This document shows positions 56,805 through 64,000 of a DNA stretch of 64,000 nt, one piece after another. The notes beneath the pieces were generated by a model that was not told the origin of the DNA, searched no databases, and saw only the letters and a list, made by a program, of their open reading frames with translations. Source of the stretch: Flavobacteriales bacterium (lineage in GTDB: Bacteria > Bacteroidota > Bacteroidia > UBA10329); contig WGMW01000004.1 of the NCBI GenBank assembly GCA_016124845.1, positions 4,242 to 68,241 on the forward strand, read 5' to 3'. Within the stretch, counting starts at the first letter, position 1, and every line of letters begins with the position of its first letter. A program made the position numbers and the translations under genes.

Positions 56805-58175
56805 ATGTCCGACTCATTCGATCTTTTAGACCAGCTTGGAGATTCTAAGAAAGTGGAGAACCTCAAGGCCAAAATTCAAAAGCAAAAAACATCAGACGTA
56901 GTATCAAAACTCGATCAGATTGAATCTCAGATAGACCGCGCGGTCTCGGAACAGCGCGACCCGGAAGAGATCGTTTCCGGCATCATCGAATCGAATTTCG
57001 AAACCCTGAACGGAGATGTGAATCAGACCGAACAGGACTTGCAGGAACTGATGCTTCATTTGCGTGGCATGTTGGATTCATGCGGTGGCGAATTCTCCAA
57101 ACTTCAGGAATTGAACCCAGAGGAACTCGGATGGATAGAACAGGCCAAAAAGAAGCTGGCCGATGCCGAAAATGAGCTTGCGGGTGCCAAAGGAATGAGC
57201 AACGCTTGGAATATCCTTTTCGGCTACAAGAACAGCCAGATCTCTAAAAAGGAGCAGGAACTGACACAGAGCCAGACCAACCTGAAGGATACGGAAGCAC
57301 GCGCCAACAAAAGCTACCGCGACCGTTTGAAGAATGCAGACATTGGTGAGTCGTTGAACCGGGTGATCAGCCAAGTTCAAGGAATGGTGGGCATTATTGA
57401 GGATATGATCCTTGATGTTGAGAAGCAGATCGATGCGCTTAAAAACCGCAAGGAGCTTGCTTTTGAAACAAAGGAGAAAGCTGCGGTGGTGATGCGTGAT
57501 AAGAAAAAGGAGCTCGAAGACATTGAGGCGCAACTGAAAAATGCCGAAAATGAACTTACAGAACTGCCTAACAACAGCCCTGAATACACCGAGCAGGAGA
57601 AAAAGATCGCTGATCTGCGCGAGAAGCGCGCAACGGCCAAAGGCAGTTACAATATCGCTTTGGGCATCTTTCAAAGTAAGGAGCGTTTCGTAGATCAGAT
57701 CGTGATCCATTTGGAAGCGCAGACCACTACCAAAAACAACCTGAAGCAGTTGATCGGTCAGTTGAAGAGTGATACGGAAGAACGTGTCACCACCTACGAA
57801 TCCGGTCTTCAGCTGATTCAAACAGCCACCGCGCAAGAGGCCGCCTCGCTCTACGAAGAAGCAGGTGTGAAGACGGATCAGAAAATAACCGAGATAGCAG
57901 CGAAGGTGCTGGTAGGTTCAGAAAAAGACCGCGTGGAACGCGTGAAGAAACACCCGGAGCGTATGACCGAGCTGCATAAAGTGCTTGTGGCCATGGCTGA
58001 AGCAACTGCCAAGTACAAGCAGGAAGATGCCAAGATCATGGAGCAGCACAGCAAGAAATTCGGTATCGATGTAAAGGAAACGTTCTCGCACCGTTACGAA
58101 AAGTCGGCCGATGCGCCTGCAGCGGCTCCCTCAGAGCCAAGCAAGGACAAATCTGTGAACGACCTCATGGAGTGA
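56805..58175 (+). CDS. long coiled-coil protein, first gene of the AAA operon
   Basis: heptad-rich throughout, short hydrophobic WNILFG patch; TAGATTTG box at 56763-56770. Confidence 0.8.
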   Translation: MSDSFDLLDQLGDSKKVENLKAKIQKQKTSDVVSKLDQIESQIDRAVSEQRDPEEIVSGIIESNFETLNGDVNQTEQDLQELMLHLRGMLDSCGGEFSKLQELNPEELGWIEQAKKKLADAENELAGAKGMSNAWNILFGYKNSQISKKEQELTQSQTNLKDTEARANKSYRDRLKNADIGESLNRVISQVQGMVGIIEDMILDVEKQIDALKNRKELAFETKEKAAVVMRDKKKELEDIEAQLKNAENELTELPNNSPEYTEQEKKIADLREKRATAKGSYNIALGIFQSKERFVDQIVIHLEAQTTTKNNLKQLIGQLKSDTEERVTTYESGLQLIQTATAQEAASLYEEAGVKTDQKITEIAAKVLVGSEKDRVERVKKHPERMTELHKVLVAMAEATAKYKQEDAKIMEQHSKKFGIDVKETFSHRYEKSADAPAAAPSEPSKDKSVNDLME

Positions 58176-58193
58176 TCGGCCTGACCGTATTTC

Positions 58194-59285
58194 ATGAAAA
58201 CCTCTGAAGTAGCCGAACATTTTACACCCCTCGATAGAAGCGTGCTCGAAGGTGAGCACCCTTACTACGAGTACTTCAAGTACCTGAAATTTGCGTTGGA
58301 GCAGTTCATCAACTCGGTTGACAACTACCAAGGAGATGAACCCTACGAGGCCGCGATCATCAAAGATTTCTCACAGAAGTTCCTGAATTCCATCGAGGTG
58401 CTTTCGCTGAAGTACGCATTCAATGAAACACACCCGATGTTGATCGACCTGACGGAATCAGGGTTTCCGAATCACATGGAGTTCAAGCGGCTGGAGGACG
58501 ACCTGCAGCGCAAAGCGGATGAGCTGAAAGAAGGACCATCGGTGGAAACACTCAAAACGTTGATCCTGGATCAGATGATCCGAAGCAAGACCGAGCCCGT
58601 ACGGTTGTTGAAACAGATCAGCAAGCGTTCGTATTTTGAGATGATCGATGGACGGAAACTTTTCAAGGAATTCGTTTCGGGGCCGTTGAAGCTCATCTCG
58701 AAGGGAAATGACTTCAACTGGCGCTATCTGTACAGTTGGGGTTCGTTCGATAGTGTCACCAATCGGCCGTACATCTACATTCTCGTGTTCGACCATCATC
58801 GCGAAGATGCAGAAGCGGAAAAAGCCCTCCACAGCTTCGGTTTTGTGGACAGCATCCGGAAGACCACGCACAACACCGCACCGCTAAAGGTGATGATCTC
58901 GGATATTGACGCATTGAGCGAACTCATTATGCCCAAGGTGCTGAAGCGCATTGCCATTGGCCCGATCTACGGAGCCTATGCACAGGATGAGCATCCGTTC
59001 ACAACCATGCTCAAAAAGCGGTTCGATTACAAGGATTTCATCTTCCGCTACGATGCGGAGGTCATTTTCTCCATCGGTCAATCTCGCAAAGAGAGTTTTC
59101 TCTCCAAAGGGGAACTGCGGCAGATATTCTATATCGATGAATCGAACAAGGAGTGCATGGAAAAGATGATCTCTCGCCTCAACAAATACAGCATTACCAG
59201 CCATGCGGTGTGGCAACATCTGAGCGAATATCATCCCGAAGCACTGAATGAACTGGTAGTGCAGCCATACATATATCATCATTGA
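58194..59285 (+). CDS. hypothetical soluble protein
   Basis: 363-aa ORF; stop overlaps the ATPase start (TGATG). Confidence 0.8.
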   Translation: MKTSEVAEHFTPLDRSVLEGEHPYYEYFKYLKFALEQFINSVDNYQGDEPYEAAIIKDFSQKFLNSIEVLSLKYAFNETHPMLIDLTESGFPNHMEFKRLEDDLQRKADELKEGPSVETLKTLILDQMIRSKTEPVRLLKQISKRSYFEMIDGRKLFKEFVSGPLKLISKGNDFNWRYLYSWGSFDSVTNRPYIYILVFDHHREDAEAEKALHSFGFVDSIRKTTHNTAPLKVMISDIDALSELIMPKVLKRIAIGPIYGAYAQDEHPFTTMLKKRFDYKDFIFRYDAEVIFSIGQSRKESFLSKGELRQIFYIDESNKECMEKMISRLNKYSITSHAVWQHLSEYHPEALNELVVQPYIYHH

Positions 59286-61246
59286 TGGAGAAAACAGACT
59301 CATCCTTACTGATCATTAAAGAAGAATACCTTGAAGAGTTCAAGGAGGAAGTAACCGGTTATTTGAAAACCGTTGGTTGGGTGGCCGATGTCAATAAGAC
59401 CAAAAGCGATATCGATCTTTCCTTTCTCATTCAGGCTGGTAAAGCTCTGAACCTGAACGAGACGGATGAACTTTCCATCATCCGCAACGCGGTTCGCATC
59501 AGCAACGACCGCGTCATTCTTTCCACTACGTCAAGCGTCATCCTCAATGCCCTGAAAAAGGGCTATTGTCTTGGAAAATATGTGGGCGATCAGTACAGCC
59601 GTGCCTGTGGTTTGGAACTTCTCATCCAAAAGAACAAGGACGGAAGTTTGCATCAGTCCGAACTGCCCGAATTTCACGATAAGTCGCAGACACAGGCGGC
59701 CGTGGTGTTGATGGTCGCTTCGAGTTACGTGCAATTTGCGCTTCGCGATCATCTGGCCGATGAAACGTCTTCCATCAACATCGATTTCAACGGAATTCCG
59801 GAAGTGAACCTGAACCGTCCGTCAAAGGCCATTCAGTGTTCGTTGTATTACTACGCGGCCTACCTCGAACGTTCGGGTGTGGTGAACGGTGATCTGGACT
59901 TCCTCAAGATCACCGAACTCTATTTCCAGCGATTGAGCGAAGAGGTGAAACTTCGCAAAGACGGCTTCAAATACGTGGAGCCGTTCATAGAGAACCATTA
60001 CAAATTGGAAAAGACCGATTTTGTGGTTCAAGGCTTCGAAACCATGTCAACAAGTGTGACGGTCGGCATGAGTTTCAACCCCACGCGGATGGAAGACATT
60101 GTGGCCAACAAGCAGGCCAAGCACCTTTTTCAGCGTTATGCCGAACGTCTTCTCTGCTACGATCTGGAAACCAAGCGGAATCCGTTGAACGAGTTGGGCG
60201 GACTGCCGAATGTGACCATGGCAGACGGTAAACCCGGAACGGGAAAAAGTATGCTTATTGCAGCCACCGCAACGTTGCTCAAGGAACGCTGCGACCTGCT
60301 CGGGTACGACTTCCTTTTCTGGCCGCTGCCAGAGAATATCGTTTCCACTTACCAAGGCGGAACGGCCGAGCGGGCCATGGAGTGGTTCAAACCCATTCAA
60401 GACCCAACCAAGATCATTTTTGCGCCCATTGATGATGCGGAGAACAACTTGGAGGAACGTACCCGCCAAGGCGTTTCGGCCGGGGTCCGTGAGTTCATTG
60501 GCGTGTTCCTGAGAAATACCGAAGGAGCTTATGCGGTGAACTATGGCAACCGTCTCATCAGCCTGTTCACCAACATTCCCGATCAGATTGATAAAGCGGT
60601 GCTTTCCCGCATTCAGATGCGTGTAAAAATGGATGGTGCCGGAACAGACAGAGACTTTATTGATCAGGATTACCTGTGGTGGCGGAAGTACGAGAAACTT
60701 GAACAAGGCTTCGTCAACTCGCCTCCGCCAAAAGGCTACGAATACATGGCCGCTCAGAAGCGACCTGAATCGCTGAATGAACTGCTGCATCACAATTATG
60801 AGTTTACCAATGAGGATGTAAAGGCCATTTTTGATGAGACGATGGCCAACGCAGGTTCCACTTCGCACGATTTCTTCGGTGATCTCTATGCCGCCATCCA
60901 ACGGAAATATCCATTCTTCTCATCTCGCGATCTACGAAACATTCAGAAAGCCGTGGATGCGCGTGTGATCGATTTCGATCTTCCCGAAATATGGTGGGAG
61001 AAACCGGAGGATTTCTTCCTGAAGGATTACGACACCAAGGTGGAAATGCTAAAGGTGCTGATGAAGGAAAACCTGAAGGGCTCCAATTTCTCGCAACTTC
61101 GGTTGTACGAGGCGTTGAATTACATCGAAACATCCATCCGCATCAACGAAACGGGCATCAACCGTGAGATAAAGGAAGCGGCCAAGCGACTGTACATACA
61201 GGGCGAGGCGCGCGAAATGGCAAGCAAAGGTCAGATCCATGATTAG
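59285..61246 (+). CDS. AAA family ATPase
   Basis: GKPGTGKS Walker A, IFAPIDDAE Walker B variant, FTNIPDQIDKAVLSR second region of homology. Confidence 0.9.
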   Translation: MEKTDSSLLIIKEEYLEEFKEEVTGYLKTVGWVADVNKTKSDIDLSFLIQAGKALNLNETDELSIIRNAVRISNDRVILSTTSSVILNALKKGYCLGKYVGDQYSRACGLELLIQKNKDGSLHQSELPEFHDKSQTQAAVVLMVASSYVQFALRDHLADETSSINIDFNGIPEVNLNRPSKAIQCSLYYYAAYLERSGVVNGDLDFLKITELYFQRLSEEVKLRKDGFKYVEPFIENHYKLEKTDFVVQGFETMSTSVTVGMSFNPTRMEDIVANKQAKHLFQRYAERLLCYDLETKRNPLNELGGLPNVTMADGKPGTGKSMLIAATATLLKERCDLLGYDFLFWPLPENIVSTYQGGTAERAMEWFKPIQDPTKIIFAPIDDAENNLEERTRQGVSAGVREFIGVFLRNTEGAYAVNYGNRLISLFTNIPDQIDKAVLSRIQMRVKMDGAGTDRDFIDQDYLWWRKYEKLEQGFVNSPPPKGYEYMAAQKRPESLNELLHHNYEFTNEDVKAIFDETMANAGSTSHDFFGDLYAAIQRKYPFFSSRDLRNIQKAVDARVIDFDLPEIWWEKPEDFFLKDYDTKVEMLKVLMKENLKGSNFSQLRLYEALNYIETSIRINETGINREIKEAAKRLYIQGEAREMASKGQIHD

Positions 61247-62507
61247 ACTGATCGAGTCGAAGCTGTTTGGCGACCGCCTTTTTTACATCGACAGTGCGTT
61301 GATGCAGAAGCGCTACAACCGATGTTTGGAGGACATTGGAATTGAACCCACCAAGCTCAAGAATTTCCACGTGGACGGTTGGGGCTGGAGCCCCGAAATA
61401 GCCAAGGAGAAGGACGATCGATTCTACCTGTCTCACGGACTCGCCAATCCGTTTGCCATTATCGTTTCTCCCGATCAGAAAGACTGCCCCGTGTACATGC
61501 CTTACCACACGTTTGATTGGGAGATACACAGACGTGTTTTCGAAAACTATGCGTTGCAGATAGAGGACATCACCTCGCTTAATGCCATTTGGTTCGAATT
61601 GGATCAGAACATCAGCTCCTACCGATCGCCACAGGATCTGTTGATGATGGAGGTGGTGAATCTGAAATTTAATGTGGCCGGGGATCTTGCAACTGCTGCA
61701 GCCGAACAGAAAAAACTGGTCGGCACATACCTCACCGAACCCCGTAGTTGGATGAACGCTGAACTTCGCGAACAGATCATTGCAAGTAGCAAGAAACACG
61801 GAGATCTACGCTACCGCAATCTCGATATGCCAGATTTCCCATTTTCAAATCTGTCTTCTTATTACACCTTGGCGTTCAACGGCATGTTCGTGTTCAAAAA
61901 GACCGCGGGCGGCAAACCCATCCTGATCTTCGAAGACAACTCGTCTGAGATGAGCGGGAACGGCAATCACTTGCACATTGAGTTCAATTTGGAGGACAAG
62001 AGCTTCATCCCCTACCTCTACAATTTGGATCTTTTGGACAGCGAAACGGATTGTTTTCTGGATCATATTGAGTTGCTTGAGTTGCAGTTGGAACACATGA
62101 TCGTTTCTGCGGCCATGCAATTGGACGAAACCATTCCGGTGGACAAGATGACGCGCACGCAGCGAAAAGGACTGATCGGAAAATTGGAGAGCGCGTCCTT
62201 GCTGGATGAAAACTATTTCGAACTCGAAATGGTGATCAATAAACTGGTAAATGGCCCGGATAAAGTTCGGATATCGGAAAAGCTGAACCAGTACATGCTG
62301 CAACCACACGTTACAACCACTCCCGAACAGAAAACCGTACTCTGGCACCTGATCTCCAAGGTGCAGAAAAACAACCCGGTGCTACAATTTGCTTTCGATA
62401 AGACCTCGTTCTATCAAGAATACCAAACATGGAAGCCCCCAATGCAGGAATGGGCGATCGGTTGTATATTGAGAAACCGAGGCATTTACGCTAAACTCAT
62501 CAAATAA
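61239..62507 (+). CDS. DUF6638-like protein
   Basis: RYNRCL..IG...T.L..FHVDGWGWSPEIA and YLSHGLAN..AIIVSPDQ resemble that family as recalled; not searched. Confidence 0.6.
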   Translation: MIRLIESKLFGDRLFYIDSALMQKRYNRCLEDIGIEPTKLKNFHVDGWGWSPEIAKEKDDRFYLSHGLANPFAIIVSPDQKDCPVYMPYHTFDWEIHRRVFENYALQIEDITSLNAIWFELDQNISSYRSPQDLLMMEVVNLKFNVAGDLATAAAEQKKLVGTYLTEPRSWMNAELREQIIASSKKHGDLRYRNLDMPDFPFSNLSSYYTLAFNGMFVFKKTAGGKPILIFEDNSSEMSGNGNHLHIEFNLEDKSFIPYLYNLDLLDSETDCFLDHIELLELQLEHMIVSAAMQLDETIPVDKMTRTQRKGLIGKLESASLLDENYFELEMVINKLVNGPDKVRISEKLNQYMLQPHVTTTPEQKTVLWHLISKVQKNNPVLQFAFDKTSFYQEYQTWKPPMQEWAIGCILRNRGIYAKLIK

Positions 62508-63031
62508 TGGATACGCTCCTTGCATTTTTCATTGGTCTTGCCGCTGGCATCGCCTACTATTTTCTGGATTATAAAAGTCTGACCAACAGCTATCGAAGTT
62601 GGTACAAACTGACGCACAAAGACCCGTTGCCAAATGATGTGGAGCAAGGGTTTGTGTATGCGCAGCCTTTCTCCGGCAAGCTCTATAGTGCCGTTTTCAT
62701 TGCCATGATCATCACAGTAATCATCATTCTGACAGGAAGCGCAAATATTCTCATCCAGTTGCTTTATGGTGTTTTCATCATGGTCGGACTGATGGTGTCG
62801 TTTTACCTCGCTCCGCTCATTTTCCGACATGCGCCTTCCAATGTCTCCAAGCTGAAAAAGCACTTGGATAGAATTGATGAGATGGAAGCGGACCTCAAGA
62901 CCGATAAATTGGAAGAGAAACCTCAGCCGGTCGAACCTGCAAAACCAGAATTGGAGGAAGGGAAAAAACCGGGTGAAGACAAGAAGGATGACGACTGGCG
63001 CAAGGGCATTAAAGATTATTTGAATGGCTGA
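62507..63031 (+). CDS. hypothetical 3-TM protein with charged C-terminal tail
   Basis: hydrophobic segments; translationally coupled on both sides. Confidence 0.75.
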   Translation: MDTLLAFFIGLAAGIAYYFLDYKSLTNSYRSWYKLTHKDPLPNDVEQGFVYAQPFSGKLYSAVFIAMIITVIIILTGSANILIQLLYGVFIMVGLMVSFYLAPLIFRHAPSNVSKLKKHLDRIDEMEADLKTDKLEEKPQPVEPAKPELEEGKKPGEDKKDDDWRKGIKDYLNG

Positions 63032-64000
63032 GCAGACTCAAACGCCCGAAGAGGACAAGAACCGTATCTACTGGTTCTTCCATAACCTCAGAACCCGTAT
63101 TGGCGGTGCCATTAAAGGTTGGATGAAACGACATCCGATCTGGGTTGTCATCCTTTTTCTCATTGCTCTCTATACGCTTTTTGTCGACCGAGGGAGTGTT
63201 CAACCGCTTGTACTCTTGGTACGACAATATTTGGCATTGGTGATCCTGATCTTGTTGGTATTCGGCCTGTTCGCACTTTTCATCCGAAAACGGACCTGGA
63301 AACAGGCCATTGTTCCTTCAATTCTCTTTTTGGCATTTTTGGTGTTGAGCTGGTTTGTGGGCCCATACGTTCACAATTACTTCAGTCTTTACATTCATTA
63401 CGCAAAGTTGAACAAGGTGGAGCTGGCCGAAATGCCCATCTCGGGTCACGAACGGATTCAACCTGTCAATTCCATTCGCACGTTGATCAACCAAGAGGCA
63501 TTGAGTGAAACAGAGGATGCCACAAACCCGCGCTTCACCAAAGGAGCAGACGGAAACTACTACTTCACAGCAGCTGTTGGGCCCGCCACTCATTATTGGA
63601 TCCAACGGTTCAGCAAGCACATGTACGAAGTGCTGAATGTTCCGGCAAATCTGCCGTCACCGGTTTTTGACAGTAAGCATCGCTCCAAGGTCAATTTCGA
63701 GATCGGGGAGCAACTTCTTTTCAGCCATAAGACCGAAAATGCGGTCATCAAACGTTTCGGTATCGATGCTTTTCTGAACTGCGAACCGGCTGAACCGCTC
63801 TACCTTCGCGATGATTCTGGCAATTGGGTACAGGTGGTTCCGATCGTTCGTTGGACGGGTTTCTTTTTTCCGCGACCCGTGTTCGGTGGTGTATACATCA
63901 TTCAGCAGGAGGGGGGCGATGACAATTACTTTAAACGCGTTCTTTTAGGAAAGGGAGACTTCATTTCGCCAGAGGAAATTGCACAGCACAGCTATCTTTC
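63024..64000 (+). CDS. hypothetical membrane-anchored protein (runs off the window; absent from the ORF track)
   Basis: hand translation from ATG 63024 (MAEQTQTPEEDK...) stays open to the end; three N-terminal TM segments. Confidence 0.75.
   Translation, partial: MAEQTQTPEEDKNRIYWFFHNLRTRIGGAIKGWMKRHPIWVVILFLIALYTLFVDRGSVQPLVLLVRQYLALVILILLVFGLFALFIRKRTWKQAIVPSILFLAFLVLSWFVGPYVHNYFSLYIHYAKLNKVELAEMPISGHERIQPVNSIRTLINQEALSETEDATNPRFTKGADGNYYFTAAVGPATHYWIQRFSKHMYEVLNVPANLPSPVFDSKHRSKVNFEIGEQLLFSHKTENAVIKRFGIDAFLNCEPAEPLYLRDDSGNWVQVVPIVRWTGFFFPRPVFGGVYIIQQEGGDDNYFKRVLLGKGDFISPEEIAQHSYL

Overview
Chromosomal segment from a Bacteroidota bacterium, probably Flavobacteriales-like, judged from TAnnTTTG promoter boxes, T9SS-type C-terminal domains and the acpP-fabF-rnc-IPExxxVDY-pyk block. 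The first ~43 kb is mostly housekeeping (hppD, tsaB, acpP/fabF/rnc, pyk, icd, dxr/rseP, trkA/trkH, rluB-like, metG). It also holds two type II toxin-antitoxin pairs, several short palindromic intergenic repeats, a HEPN-motif orphan and a frameshifted serpin-like gene. The last 21 kb has three notable modules. (1) A ~6.6 kb integrative element in tRNA-Arg(CCT) that duplicates the 5' half of the tRNA. It encodes a tyrosine integrase, a serine resolvase and a compact HTH-HUH rolling-circle-type initiator, and carries repeated GCGTGATCACGC palindromes between cargo genes. (2) A WYL regulator fused to a PhyH-type dioxygenase, divergent from an operon of tRNA-Phe, tRNA-Tyr, a ~590-nt structured non-coding region, an SPFH/band-7 gene, tRNA-Asp and tRNA-Lys. 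The non-coding region contains two tandem circularly permuted, loop-capped tRNA mimics, a free Met-type anticodon hairpin and a 244-nt domain closed by a long helix. It is the best candidate for an undescribed system. (3) A tightly coupled, uncharacterised operon of a long coiled-coil protein, a classical AAA ATPase, a DUF6638-like protein and membrane proteins. All calls are by eye; no searches or folding programs were run.
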